Shown here: positions 12,050 to 25,869 of the stretch, in pieces
Layout of the letters: the number at the start of each line of letters is the position of its first letter
Numbering within the stretch: the first letter of the stretch is position 1
Source of the DNA: Octopus vulgaris
Taxonomy: Eukaryota
DNA: 64,000 nucleotides
Reading direction: 5' to 3'
Assembly: GCA_951406725.2 (NCBI GenBank)
Contig: OX597817.1
Coordinates: forward strand, 107,136,001 to 107,200,000
Program-made: the position numbers and the translations under genes
The notes under the pieces: generated by a model
Databases searched by the model: none
What the model saw: only the letters and a program-made list of their open reading frames with translations
What the model was told of the DNA's origin: nothing

Positions 12050-14190
12050 AAGTGGGAGAGAAAGGGAGACTGAGTGATGTGGAGAATGAATGGGAAGAGA
12101 GTCTGCCAAAGGTTGACCCAATAGAGGGACCAGCTATCCGAATTGACAGTACTCAGGTAGATGAAACAATTAAGGGTATGAAGACAGGGAAAGCACCTGG
12201 CCCATCAGGAATCACCGCTGGGATGCTTAAAATATTGGGTGGTGTGGGTTATAGTCTTGTCACCCGCATTGTAAATCGGATAGTTCATGAAGGAGTCATA
12301 CCCAATGACTGGTGTAGTCATTGGGTATGACTGCTACAAGAGAAAAGGCTACAAGGAAAAACTGCTACAAGGGAAAAGGTGATGCTTTAGATAGAAATAA
12401 CTACAGGGGTATCAAATTATTGGATCAGGTGATGAAAGTTACAGAGGGCCTAGATGGGATGCAGTTTGGTTTTGTGCCAGGCAGAAGCGTCACTGATACA
12501 ATATTTCTGGTAAGGCAACTGCAGGAGAAATACCTAGCCAAAGATAAACCTTTGTACTTGGCTTTTGTTGACTTGGAGAAAGCCTTTGACAGAGTCCCCC
12601 AATCCCTTATCTGTTGGTCAATGTAGAAACTGGGGATAGACGAGTGGGTGGTAAGAGCTATACAAGCCCTGTACAGGGATGCTGTCAGTAAGGTGAGGGT
12701 TGGTAACCAGTATAGTGAAGAATTTCGAGTAGAAGTAAGGGTTCACCAAGGATTAGCCCCCTCTCGTTCATTATAGTCCTCCAGACAATAAGAGGAATTC
12801 AAGACAGGCTGGCCCTGGGAGCTTCTCTATGTTGATGACCTTACTCTAATAGCTGAGTCATTGCCAGAACAGGAGACGAAGTTTAGGGTGTGGAAGCAAG
12901 GTCTAGAATTGAAGGACCTTATGGTTAACCTAGTAAAAGACCAAAGTCTTAGTAAGTAGGAAGGCTGTCAAATCACAACCCCCTTCAGGTAGATGGCCCT
13001 GCTCGATCTGTAGAAAAGGTATGGGTAGAAACTCCATATGATGTACTCGAGAAAATAGTTTTTGTGTGTGGCAGATGCACTGGGGCAATAAACAGTGAAG
13101 ATGTACAGAAAGATTCCATCACGTGCCAGTGGGAGAAACTAGAAGCAGTTCATAGCTTCTGCTACCTAGGCGACCAAGTCTGTAGTGGGGAAGGTTGCTC
13201 TGAGAGTATAGTGACTAGAGTAAGAAAAACCTGGGCAAAGTTCAGTGAGTTCCTACCTCTGCTGGCAATTAAGGGCCTCTTGCTCAGGGTGAAAGGTAGA
13301 GTGTATGATGCATGTGTGTGAAGTGCCATGCTACATGGCAGTGAAACATGGGCCATGAATGCTGAGGATATGTGTAGGCTTGAAAGAAATGAAGCTAGTT
13401 TGATCCGCTGGATGTGTATTGTCAGTGTGCATACATGACAGTGTATAAGTGACCTGAGAGAAAAGTTGGGCATAAGAATGAAGACAGCTGTATGAAGAAG
13501 TGCCACTCTCTAACTGTAGAAGGAAGCTGTGGAAGATGTAGACTCAGGAAGACATGGGATGAGGTGGTGAAGCATGACCTTCAAACATTGGGCCTCACAG
13601 AGGCAATGACAACAGACTGGGACTTTTGGAGATATGCTGTGATTGAGAAGACCTGGCAACTAAAGTGAGATCACAGGCACACATGTCCGGCCCTCTTATG
13701 AATATCCTTGATGCGTTGGGCGATATGATATGCTTGAGAAGACCTGTTGAGTCAAGTAAAACCAATGTTGTAGCTGGGGCCAGTACTCCTGACTGGCTCC
13801 CATGCTGGTGGCACATAAAAAGCACCATCTGAACATGGTTGATACCAGGTCCACCTGACTGGCTCCTGTGCCAATGGCACGTAAAAAGCACCAAATGATT
13901 GTGACTGATGCCAGTACCCACTGACAGGCTCCTGTACCGGTGGCATGTAAAAAAGCACCATCCGAACATAATTGTTGCTAGGCCCACCTGACTGGCTCCT
14001 GTTCCGGTGGCATGTAAAAAGCACCCACTACATTCTTGGAGTGGTTGGTGTTAGGAAGGCATCCAGCTGTAGAAACATTGACAGATCAGATTGGAGCCTG
14101 GTGCAACCACTGGCTCTCCAGACCTCAGTCAAACAGTCCAACCCACGTCAGTATGGAAAACAGACATTAAATGATGACAATGATGATGAT
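12050..14190 (+). mobile_element. 5'-truncated, degenerate RTE-clade LINE
   Basis: RT motifs KTGKAPGPSG, NNYRGIKLL, LAFVDLEKAFDRVP, VHQG and LLYVDDL. Cys-rich insert WPCSICRKG..CGRCTG. 3' UTR has tandem units and a (GAT)n tail. Confidence 0.92.
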
Positions 14191-14756
14191 TATATATATA
14201 TATATGTATGTATGTATGTGTGTGCATATATATATATATGTATATATCTATGTGTGTGTGTGTGCATGTAATTGTCCCCCCACCACTTGACAACCGGTGT
14301 TGGTGTGTTTATATCCCTGTAACTTAACGGGTTGGCAAAAGAATTGATAGAATAAGTACTAGATTTAAAAAATAAGTCCTGGGGGTGATTTATTCAACTA
14401 AAATCCTACAAGGTGATGCTCCACCATGGCCTCAGTTAAACAACTGAAACAAATAAAGGAATAAAAGAAAAAAATAACCTATACAAGCATAGGAAAAGGG
14501 ACATAAAATGCAAAAAACAAATGAATACATATGTGCAAATCAGTGGCTGGGTGCAGGTGTGAAGAAATTGTAATATTTAGGTCTGACTGAGTTACCTTCT
14601 TTTATGTTAAATGTGACTTGCTTTTCTAATTCTTATGAGGTCAATAAAATAAGTACCAGACAAAGTATTGGGGTTGGTGTAATCAATTTAAACTCTTGAA
14701 AGCTGTGCTCATCCAGAGATGCAGTCCAATGACTGAAACCAGTAAAATAATAATAA

Positions 14757-15480
14757 TAATAATAATGAAATTATTGTATACAGTGCTCAGGTGCACCACA
14801 ACTTGTCAAAAGTGTATATAAAGCATATGCAGTAATGTACAAATGTCTGGGAAGTGAACAGTGTATGAGTCAGATACATGCTTGCGTGTGTATGGAGAGG
14901 AGAAAATCAGGTGTAGTGTTGGTGAATCTCAGGAAACATGGAAGTTTTGAAGGATGCAGTGCTCCAACAACTAACAACTGATGCCGGCAGTTTGTTCCAT
15001 GCTTCAGCAACTCTTAGCATGAAAAAATGTTTCTGAAAGTCATGGGAGCTATGCTGTTTTCTGACTTTGTAAACTTGTCCATGGGTGTTAGACAGGTGGA
15101 GTTTGAAAAGGTGCTCAGAGTTATTGTTAGTAAGATGGTTAATAATTTTATGGGTGTCTGCCAAGTCAGCTGCCAGACATCAGAGTTTCAATAGATCCAT
15201 GCCCAGGGAAGTAAGGCATTCAGAATATGGCAAATGCCTGATGGAGGGTATTCTCTTGGTTGCACGTCACTGAACGGTTTTCAGACGATTAATATCCTGG
15301 GCAAGATAGGGGTTCCAGACTGGTGATGCAAATTCCAGGTGAGGCCGCACCATAGCTATATAAAGCCTCAGATAGATAGCTGGAGAACGGCTCACAAAGG
15401 GCTTAATAAGTGATGCCAAGACACCCTCAGCCTTTTGGCAATTTTAGCAATGTGTTTTGTCCAATGCAAATCGCTATCGA
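14757..15480 (-). mobile_element. CR1/L2-type LINE 3' fragment
   Basis: ORF2 C-terminus (MVRPHLEFASPVWNP...HDFQKHFFMLRVAEAWNKLP) and an (ATT)n tail. Homologous to 51310-52035. Confidence 0.85.
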
Positions 15481-15944
15481 CAATAAGAACTAAAGCATCT
15501 TATCTCAATTAGATTGGTACAGAAAAAAATGTATGAAATTACATAAAAGTTCAATATTTGCTTGAAGTTAATATTTTTGCATAAATACTAGTATTATAGT
15601 GGTTTGGCCCTCACAGAACTTTAATTGTTCTGTTGATTGAACTTAAATGAAATAAACAGGTTTGTGTTTTTTTTTTTCCTTTCTTATGGAGAAGAGTTTA
15701 CTGTGTCTAAGTGGCACTGTTAATATTATGTAGACTGTAGCATATCTATGAAAGTATGTTGTATTGCTTTGTCAGCAAAAATCCTCACTATTGATAAGTA
15801 CAGAATTATCAAAAGACTCTAACAATAAAATTTTGACTCTTACTTATGCATCCATCCAAATCTTATGAATATCTTTTCCTGTGTTTATGCATATCCAACC
15901 TCTTTTAAATTTATCTGCAAACAATCAAGCTAGTTAGTGAAAAT

Positions 15945-16091
15945 CAATGAGGTCATTTGACTTGCTATAAATAGCAGTCAAATTTCCCTCAGACAACAAT
16001 GGTTTCTGTGAAAAAATGGGATGGTCATGGCTGGAATATCTTTGATCATAGGTCTGCTCAATGAGGGCTGACTTGAGCCTAAACAACAACA
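15945..16091 (+). repeat. Old dispersed repeat with (CAA)n tail (representative copy)
   Basis: Motif gctagaaatagcag.caaat...gatggtcatggctggaat..ctttgatcataggtctgctc..ctaaacaacaac recurs near 2400, 16470, 27290, 27480, 42130, 47840-48600 and 58130, and inverted near 43040, 50940, 58420 and 61310. Confidence 0.6.
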
Positions 16092-16107
16092 GTAATATAA
16101 TTCTAAC

Positions 16108-16292
16108 CTTTTAGCTTCAAGAAGGAGATTTAACATGTCACACTCCAGTTTCTCAACTTTGAATTCAGCTTCGCTCAACTCTTCATTTTGATTGGTGTGT
16201 TGTGCAGACATCTCTTGTATTTCTCCTTGTAAAACTTGGCCCTCTTTCTCATAGATATCCAGCAAATATGATATATAGTTGTCATATTCTAT
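16108..16292 (-). CDS. C6orf118: C6orf118-like protein, coding exon 3
   Basis: Acceptor ttctaccag|ata and donor aag|gttaga. Encodes IEYDNYISYLLDIYEKEGQVLQGEIQEM...LLLEAK, a likely coiled coil. Confidence 0.8.
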
Positions 16293-17084
16293 CTGGTAGA
16301 AAGACAAACTTTTGTTAGTGTGTCTATAGACAATAAGATATCTCTATATATACATAGATATCTAATCTCTACACTATAATATACAGAAATTATCTTTTAT
16401 ATACACACAGAAGCTGTACATGTATTCTATCCATGAAACAGATATTGATCCAATGAAGGAGCCTTTATACTGTCATTCAACTTCTTAGAGAGACAGCAGC
16501 CATATTTTTCTCAAATCACACAGTATTATTTTATAAAAAAAAGGATACATTAGATAACATAGTCTAAGATATCTCTATAAAACACAGGATGGCCATGGTT
16601 GGAATGTCTTTATTCAATCAGGGCTAACCTGGTAACAATAACAACTTTGCCTTTAAGCACATATGAACAGAGACAGCATGTTACACACCCCATTGTTTGA
16701 TGGCCAGTCATATCGATCACTGGTCCTAAACCTTTCCTGCACTACAGACCAGTTTTATGCAAGGCAATTTTTGCCACAAACCAGGGGATCATGTACATAA
16801 CAAAACACAATAAAGTGTACAATATACGATTTAATTATTACTATATAATGTAAAAACACTCCGAAGACTTCAAATATATATATGTGGTTAACAAAATTAA
16901 TAATTTTTTCTAATTTTGGCACAAGGCCAGCAATTTTGAGAACAGTGGGAAGTCAATTATATTGACATCAGTGTTCAACTGGTACTATTTTATCAACTCC
17001 GAAAGGATGAAAGGTAAAGTCAACCATGGTGACATTTGAACTCAGAACATAAAGAGCCAGAAAAAAATACCACCAAGCATTTTT

Positions 17085-17441
17085 TATATATATAAAGTCT
17101 GTGTGTTTGGTAGCCTTCAACTAACACTATCTCCTCCAAGACCCTGCGGCGCAAGTTGACCAAAATTGAAAGTATGATAGAAGAAGGCTTGCTTATTTAT
17201 TCAAATCGGACCATGTTAACACCAAAAATTATTTACATAAAAAAGATGCTTTTTTCCTATGAAAATCCCTATTTTTTAATGATTTTTTTACTGCTGTGTC
17301 GCCATCTTTCGGTGTATTTCAACCAGAAAAATGTTCACTTAAAGAGAATAACAAGCTACATAATGCAAAATTTTTACTTTTCAAAAATTCCAATTCTAAA
17401 GGTTTGAAACAAACCCAAGCAACGTCAGGCGATACAGCTAG
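17085..17441 (+). mobile_element. Non-autonomous Helitron (same family as 35619-35972)
   Basis: 5' end tatatatataaag. 3' end cccaagcaacgtcaggcgatacagCTAG|t. A near-colinear inverted copy lies at 35619-35972. Confidence 0.78.
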
Positions 17442-17639
17442 TAATCAATAAAATAGAAATAAAATTAAAAAGTTTATTCCTTCTGTGCAGCCAGGTGTAA
17501 AATGACCCATGATCTGGTAGTTGGGGATTCATGACATATATTACAAGTACAGTAACACAAGAATGTATTAACAAATTATTACTTGAAATATCTAATCATT
17601 ATTGTTTTCCTATTGTGATCTAACTGAAAATAGTAATCT

Positions 17640-17960
17640 AGACATGGCTATGTGGTAAGAAGCTTGTTTCCCAACCACATTGTTCAGGGATAAGTCCCAC
17701 TGTGTAGCACTTTGAGCTAATGTCCTTCACTATAGCCTCAGGCTATAGTGAGTCATTTTGGTAGACAGAAACTGAAAGAAGCACATTGTATATATATGTG
17801 TGTGTGTGCCTTTGTGTCTGTGTTTGTCCCCCATCACTACTTGACAACTGGTGTTGGTGGGTTTACATTACCATAACTTAGTGGTTCAACAAGAGACAGT
17901 AGAATAAGTACTAGGCTTAAGAAAAAAAAATTACTGGGATCGATTCATTTGACTAAAAAA
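17640..17960 (+). mobile_element. Family-B tRNA-derived SINE, degenerate
   Basis: Homologous to 48718-49130. Confidence 0.7.
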
Positions 17961-18281
17961 ACAGTGAGTGCTCTTTAGTTATGTAGAGTATAAGAGGAAT
18001 GTTAGTCAATTTGATCTTTTGGTTTTGGAGGGTACAACCCCTTCTTCAAGCAAATAGAAAAAAATGCTTTTGAAATAATAACAATGAAATTATATATTGT
18101 ATATATATTGTATACAGTTCTCAGGTGCACCACAACTTGTCAAAAGTATGTATAAAGCATATGCAGTAATGTACAAATGTCTGGAAAGTGAACAGTGTAT
18201 GAGTCAGATACATGCTTGCGTGCTTTATTATTTTATAAATTTGCATATTAAAATCCATAAATGAATTAAAAAGTGGCTTAC

Positions 18282-18410
18282 TTTGATAATGTGTAAAGCA
18301 GTACCAAACACTGGAGAATTTATGATTAAGTCATTGAAAATATTGCTGAAACACTGCAGTCTCTTTAGAATGTCAGATGTGGTACTGGTTTCTGGGCAAT
18401 TCTTAAGACT
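18282..18410 (-). CDS. C6orf118: C6orf118-like protein, coding exon 2 (absent from the ORF track)
   Basis: Acceptor attctccag|agt and donor aaa|gtaagc. 129 nt, phase 0/0. Encodes SLKNCPETSTTSDILKRLQCFSNIFNDLIINSPVFGTALHIIK, resembling the TSNAXIP1_N-type segment of C6orf118. Confidence 0.8.
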
Positions 18411-18959
18411 CTGGAGAATTAAATCAACAAACTTGTATTTTTAATGACGAACTGAGAAGTTAGTAAATTAATAAACAAAATGTGTGTGAATAATGTTGAT
18501 TTCTTCCATAGAGACAAGGTAAATTTTTGTAAAGTTGAAGAAATACAGGTACAACATCAACTTTCATCCGAAATGATGGAAGATAAAGTCAACCATGGTG
18601 ATATTTGAACTCACAACATAAAGAGCCAGAAAAAATGCCACTAAGCATTTTTTCCAACATGATAACAATTCAGCCAGTTTGCATCTTCTAACAATAATAA
18701 GAGCTAGTGGGACCTATAGAAATTTCATGCCTTATAAATTTTCTAATTTTGATGCATGAATTTTTATCTTCAGGACAATATTTCACTGAATTAAAGGTTC
18801 TTATTATAATGAACTAGGCAAAAGACCAAGATTACTGAAAAGTTAGGATTTGGATAACTAATAGTATTAGAAATAATACAATAAATACAGAGAATAATTC
18901 AGGAAATGAAAATTTAACTCAGAATATTTAATGAGTTAATAAAATTAGTAAATTCAGGC

Positions 18960-21600
18960 AATCCCCTTGTACATAATGTTTTTCATAACAATCTTTCATT
19001 ATCACTTTTCTCGTCTGTTAGTCTGCATAACTTCAACTTCAATATCTATTGGTTTTCAAATTCTAGAAAAGGAGACATATGTGTTCATGGTTTAGCAATG
19101 ACTGGAGTAAATATATATTTCTACTTTACTGGAAGTCTAATCCTGTGTGTTATCCTATCACTATAAGGGATAGGTAAATGTAGTGGAAATTGGATCCTTT
19201 CCATTTTAAATTTAAGTTTGTGCCACTTGGTACCATCCTAATTCTCAGTCTCAAAACTCATTGTCAATTTAAGATAACACTTATTATCAAAGCTCTAACA
19301 AAGTTCTGATGTTTGAAGACCTCTAGCCTGGTTGCATTGCAAAATCCTTTTTCAAAAGTACAAAAGCATTACAATAACTCCATTTTTTCAAACTTTGAAT
19401 ACATTGGTAGCATTCCAGAAGGAGTGAATGAATTCAACATCTCAAAAGGGAACTGTTCAGCTTCCAGCTGTTTCTCACTTATTTTATCTTTACTGAAATG
19501 TTTTTGTGAAGAACCTGGAAAGAATATCAGCACTTTTTTGTTGATTGCAAGACAGTGTATGTTTTTAGATGAGAGAAGGGCACATGATAGCTTCACTTTC
19601 TGTTGTATTACTCTATATATGATCAACTATTGAACCTTCAACATACATATAGGGTATCTCTACATAATGATCAGTAAATGACTAGCTTCTTATGGAAGCA
19701 ATTTCATTTCTAATTTGAAGTAACCAGTCTTCAAAGTCATCCTGTTGTTCAGCAACACACAAATTTGGGATTAGCTGATATTGTTGAGAATGTAACCAAA
19801 CATCAATAACAATAATTTGTGTGGTCTACAGAAGTATAGGCAAAACCTACCAAATGCCTCCACCAAGTAGGGTGATCTTACTTCTGAAAAGTTGGGAATA
19901 TCCTGTGGGTATTTATCAATTATATTTAGGGTAATGAAGTTGGAATACATTGCAGGTACTTGTCTCTGTAAGAGACCAATAAATTTGAATATGATGTGAA
20001 CTGTTCAGCCTCCTGTGTGTAAGATAACAGCAATACCTGTCCAAGCTGCACATAATACTTGATGATTGTTGCCTCTAAAAAGAGATATAAACATATTAAA
20101 AAAGTGTTTTACCATATTCTCCTAGGCATCAATGTAAAAGAGATTATTTTTAGCAACTGTTCCCTTAGTAATTTCCTCAATAGAATTAATGAGATCACAT
20201 CCGCTGTTTAACTTTGTTTATCAAGTGAGAGATTCAATATTGGGATGAAGGGTTTTTGTTCATTGATTCTTTGTTGAATATGTCATTGAGGTTTTGGTAA
20301 ACCAATTCTGTCACTTGTTCCATTTTCAATTATAAAAATGTGAATGGCTAATCTTTAAACTGTGCAGGATGTATTCTGTTTCTTCTACTGTGAAAACCTG
20401 CATATGAAGGGAAGAGACATGAATATATCTCTACTAGTAAGATAAGATTTTACCTTGTTATATTGAACTTGCAGTTTCATTTTTTTTTCTTGAAGTTGTT
20501 ATTAATAGCAGGTGCAATAATAACATTGTCATCATTGGTTGCTTTTTCTACAGAAGCACAATTGTGTCCTTCGTAAATATATTCTAAAATAAACTTGATA
20601 TTTTTTACAGGTGAACATATCTCCAGATTAACGTTACTTCAGTACTTTTTCATTAGTAATGTGTTTCACATAGCAACTACCAATGAAATGGATCACAACA
20701 TGAACTCAAACTCTGCCTTTGTAACAGAGACTCCAAATACATGTTGCTCCTTTAAATCATTTAGTAACACAGTAAGAAGGGCTTTGTACAATCTAGCTAT
20801 TAAGTCAGGTGACTTTTCTATGGTTTCATTTCATTTTAGATTGTTTGAAATTTTAGGGCATATTGGATTACAGGTGTACATTAAAAAGAAGTCAAGCTTC
20901 TTGAAAGTAATGAGACATGTTACATGACAGCCAATGAATGAATAAAGAAGTAAACTAGTAATCCTAGTTCAAAGTTCTGACCTTTAACTACAAGGTGATC
21001 TATCAGTCCACTGTACTGTGCAACTTATAGGTGAGACTGTTTATTTCTTAGAAAATATAAACAGTACTCTTCAACCAAGACATATACATCAACTAAATCA
21101 TGGTCATCATCATTTAATGTCTGCTCTCCATGCTGTTATGGAAAGCACACAATAATAATTTGGGATATTTTTTTCAGAAATTATTAGCTTCCTCATTATT
21201 AACATAAGAATGAAGCTTGAGTTCATTGAGATAAGGCTGCAGAAGGGAAATCACATTTTACCTTTAAAGGCTTATTTCTTAATCTTAAAGCATCACAATG
21301 AAGACAGAATTTGTTTATTTCTCTGACATTGTAGGGTTCAACATTAAATTGTTTTTTCTGAAATTTAGGAACACCAAATCATCTCTAAAATTGCTTCTCT
21401 AAGCATTTCTCAAATTAAGCAACTGATTTTTGTTATCACAGGTGATCAGCTTGTCAGTCACCATTTTTGTAGTCTCTTCATTTACATATACTCTGACAAT
21501 CTCATCAGTGAACGTATCTTGTGCATTCATGTTATGTTGCCTCTTCTTTGTCCCAAATTAACTCTTATTCCCTATCTTTTTTTCTTTCATTCTTCTCTTA
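18960..21600 (-). mobile_element. Decayed autonomous Helitron (Rep/Hel), approximate limits
   Basis: N-terminal NKFCLHCDALR. Rep motif LDFFLMYTCNP..SPDLIARLYK..DLKEQHVFG. PIF1 helicase motifs FPFEMLNSFTPSGMLP, GFCNATRL, RIQFP and YVSFSR. Confidence 0.82.
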
Positions 21601-23148
21601 TCTTTCTCCTGTTATTTCAATTTCATTCCATTGTGAAACTTGTTATAATGTTAAGTGAGAATAAAACTTAAGTGCAAAAATTTGTAGAAGTGATAAAAGA
21701 TAGTATAAAGTGAGAATAAAATTTGTAGGGTAAAAACTTTGCCTTTTCTGATGATGGACTTGAAACAATGATTGAGAGATAATTGTATTTAAAAGAAATA
21801 AAACTTTCAGTCCTTTGCTACGACCTATTTTTAAGGTGGTAAACTACTACACAAAAACCTTAAGTCAATAAAACAATTAATCTGCTGTTTGGAAGGTGAC
21901 TATAAACTTCTCTATGAAATTTAAAAGAAAAAAGTCATGAAACCATTCCCTGTAGTGAATAAAAACAACTCACTGAAACTTAAACTATTTAATTGCTATG
22001 TTGTTATGTTGATATTGTGGCTAAAATTATTATTAGTAAAGCTCCCTTTGATATTTACCACATGCCAGAAATATTACTAACCGATAGCAATTTTGAGGGA
22101 GGGGGCAAGTCAGTTACAACAAACCTCAGTACTTGACTAGCATTTTATTTTACTGACTTTAGAAGGATGAAAGACAAAAGTCGACCTTCGTGGGATTTGA
22201 ACTCATAATGTTAAGAGCCTTAAGAAATTGTGCAATACTCTAACGATTCTCTAAAATTGCCACTTTTTTTGTGATACAATTTTTAAAAAAATTCATTTTT
22301 CATTATCATTTTATTCAGAAAGAAAAAGAAATCCATTTTCTGATTAATCATTTAATAACTTGCTCATTAGTTTATTATTGATAATGAGTTTATCATGTTT
22401 AGTGGGTGTGTAGTGCTCAGCAAGCACACCCACAATATATACCCCATCAACAAAGATACTCAAAGATGGTGGCAGAAGTCAACAGTGACAGTCACTCTTT
22501 TAATGTAGTTCAGTTTATCTGATATCTGGCTTAATGGAGTCCAGTTTAATGAGGGTTCCCTGTACTTAACTATGTGAATGAAATTGCGATTTTTTAGAAT
22601 GTCAAAGAAACCAAGACAGTCAGATTATGTCAATAAACTTACAGAGGATGTGTAGCATTTTCTATATTTGAGATAAATATATTACATTTAGAAACAGATA
22701 TACATTCCATCAGAGAAGCAGTCACTAACTTAGAGAGGAAGACAAGACTCTTTCATAACTGGGGTAGATATATTACATTTACTATACATCTGTCATTCAA
22801 GAATAGCAGATGATTATCAAATATTTAAGTAAGGGATGCTTAATGTACTATATAGTACAATCTATAGATTCAGTAGGTTTTTCTCTATGCCTTTGCTTCA
22901 TCAAATGGCAGCAGCAAGAAAATGGATAAAGCTAGAGTTGAACTCAAGGTTTTAGGTGCTTATTAATCTGGTACCTTAACCATGTAGTCAGTTTGCCCTA
23001 TATTAAGCATTACTGAAATTTTTTTCAGTGGTAAACTTAAATAATACTTTAGTGTATTACTTATATTGCACAGTTTCAAATATTTACATTACAAATAATC
23101 AAAGAATAGTGAAATAATTTGTTTCATGGAAAAGAAATTTCTTGTTAC

Positions 23149-23709
23149 CTGTTTCAACTTCTTCAGCAGAGCATCAGCCATCTCCTTACTACTATAGGCT
23201 GTTTTTGCCAGTTTTTTAGAATGCCTCAGAAAATTCCGAGATGCATTCATTGAGTTATATTGGTCTTTTTTGGTGACGTCTAACATATGGGTGGGAATAA
23301 AACCGAACTTTGTCAAAGGAGACATGAAAATTGGGGGACAGGCTAAATGAGCATCTTTGATATTTTTCAGTGAAGGTGATGCCTTATCAAATTCCGGTGT
23401 TTGACTTTGTTTAGTGTCATGGCTAGTAAGTAATTGATCGGAATATTTTTGTTCAATTAAAGGCAAGAATGGTAATTGTTGCTGTTTATTTGTTAAAATG
23501 TTGATTTTATTAACTTGATTGTATTGAAAATCTGTTTTTTCATCAATTGCATAGTCTTGTTTCTTACATTGAGAAGAACTCCATGGTTGGTGGTCTTGTT
23601 TCCTTTGGACTTTGAATTGATTCAAATGAGAATTAGAGAAAGAAACAGAACGTTTTTTACTAGAATCCTGAATAGAATCAAGAATTAAAGTTAACCGGTG
23701 ACCTGCCAT
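23149..23709 (-). CDS. C6orf118: C6orf118-like protein, first coding exon (exon acceptor at 23769)
   Basis: ATG at 23709, donor cag|gtaaca at 23149, 187 codons. Segments SFSNSHLNQ..PW and VTKKDQYNSM..SSKEMADALLKKLKQ resemble C6orf118-family motifs as I recall them. Four downstream exons join in frame. Confidence 0.78.
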
Positions 23710-23917
23710 TTAGATTTAAGATTTGATGGATAATTTGCTTTTAACAGTCCAAATGATTAATAACATTCCCTGAAATAAAAAAAAAAAATCCATTGTATTT
23801 AGTTAAGCATAGTTCATTTCACAAACACATACATGTATATGTGCATAAAAATTTTCCTTATTGACTGATACAAGAGGAGAAATATTCAATTGTAAATCTG
23901 AAATATCTGTAACACTT

Positions 23918-24178
23918 GGGGTAGAAAGGGCTCCTTAGCTGCAGTGAAGGCAATCTGTCTAGGGAGATAACCTTACAATAAATCACTTGGTCCGTAGCTT
24001 AGAAATACTGGGTTGACGTCCAGCGGGAACAGCTTTGTTTCATGGAGGAGGAAAGATCTTCTTTAGTACTTGGTTGTACAATGCTTTCCAATGTGTGTAG
24101 TAGTGGCGCGCGCACACATTATTAGCCATTTGAAAAGACCATGAAAGTCTCGACCACGGTCGAACAATGATGATGATG
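23918..24178 (+). mobile_element. Short non-LTR insertion with (ATG)n tail, 7-bp TSD and no tRNA head
   Basis: TSD aacactt at 23911-23917 and 24179-24185. Terminal hairpin tcgaccacggtcga precedes the (atg)4 tail. Confidence 0.65.
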
Positions 24179-24944
24179 AACACTTACTACAAAAATTCAA
24201 ACACACAAGTTTAAATTTATAATACTGCACTTCAATAGCAGGATAACTTACAGCAATTTAAAAATAAAAACTAAATATATCAAAATGTGTTTAGCCTGGC
24301 TGTTTTAGGATTTGGGGAAAAACCTAGATTTAGAGAAGAAATAAAGCAAACCAAAATAATGGTTTTAAACATTACTGTTGTCAAATATAGAACTGTTCAT
24401 GTTCACTACATTAAATAACCTAATATGACATGGCCATTCAGTTTTAGTGAATGCACAGAGGCAATTTCATTTACACAACTGTTAAATTTTTTTACCAAAT
24501 TCATTTCTCAAAAAATCTTAAAATATTAGTACTTAAAATATTTATACACTTAAAATATTATATTAAATTTTATTAAATCAATTAATATTAACATTAAATA
24601 ATATTAAAATTTATATTACAAACATTAGCTTAAAAGTTATATTTACAAATACACCACTGAAAAGCAAAAGATCTATCTAAACATCTGAGTTTTGGCAAAC
24701 TTAAACATTCAGAGTAACTCAGCTCACGGAAAATAAATAGACTATCTTTCATCACAGGAACTTTAAAACTGTAATTTCAAACTTGGAAATACTAAAGTAA
24801 TTTGTAGGTTAAAAAAAAATAAAGTAAAAGATTTGAAAACTAAGAAACATGCTATTTGTCCCTAGATCAGTTCTGCTTGAACATTATGAAAAGCTATCCA
24901 ATCAAGATCATACTTTTATTTTATTTTACAGTAATGAATCAAGT

Positions 24945-25869
24945 GTGTGTGGTACAAAATGGGTAACTGGGGCAAAATGAGTAATTTCTGATTTCTCCTT
25001 ATTTCCTCCCTACCTGTTTGAAACCATTACATTGCAAGTATTGCATCATCATTTTGTACTGTTGCATCATCTTTGGGAGTAAAAATTGGTCAGCATAGTT
25101 GTTGAAGTTGAGGGAGTTTGAAACAGGTGACAGGTACATTTTTTTCTAGAAACTTTTCCTCAAATTTGTACTGATTGTAATCGAGGTCGCTAATAAAACA
25201 ACTGGATAATTTTTGGTGCTTAACAATCCAAATTCTTTTCTCTGTTGGATTTCAAGTCAAAATTTTTCCCATACTAATGTCTAATTTGGTAACTTTCAAT
25301 TTTCTAAAAAGTGGAGCAAAATGAGTAATGACTTATTTCAATAATTTTTTCTTTTTAACTGTATTGTGAGTAAATATACCTGGAAGAGAGCCACTACAGC
25401 AGATCATGAAGAAGTTATAAAGAATATTTTACACTGAGTTTTTTTTTTTATTTAGTTGAGTTTCATTAATTTCATATTGTGAGTCATATTACCATAATCC
25501 TCTTTTGTTTCACCAAGATAATTAAAATTTTTGTTGCATTTCTAATTTTTCTGATGTCTGAGAGTGTATATTAATGTGTATGAGTCTTTTTTCAAATACA
25601 ATTCTGGAGAACTGAAGAAGCAAATTTACTCCATCTTGCCCTATTCATTTTGCTCCATCTAAATTTGTGTTTTAAGTCTTCAAAGAGAATGGAGATAATT
25701 TTCTCAGATAGTGTTCTGAATATGTTATAATGTTTTTAATGCATTTAAAGAATATCATTTGCTTAGTTGATATACTTTTTGTAAGGTAGTGAACATTTTT
25801 AAAAAAAAAAAAACTTTTTCTCAAAGCCAAAAATGCAGTAAATGTTACTCATTGTGTCCCACCTCCCTA
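24945..25869. mobile_element. Pogo-like MITE with subterminal repeats (approximate)
   Basis: The motif ggggcaaaatgagtaa is repeated at the left and inverted at the right (ttactcattgtgtcccacctcccta). Confidence 0.5.
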
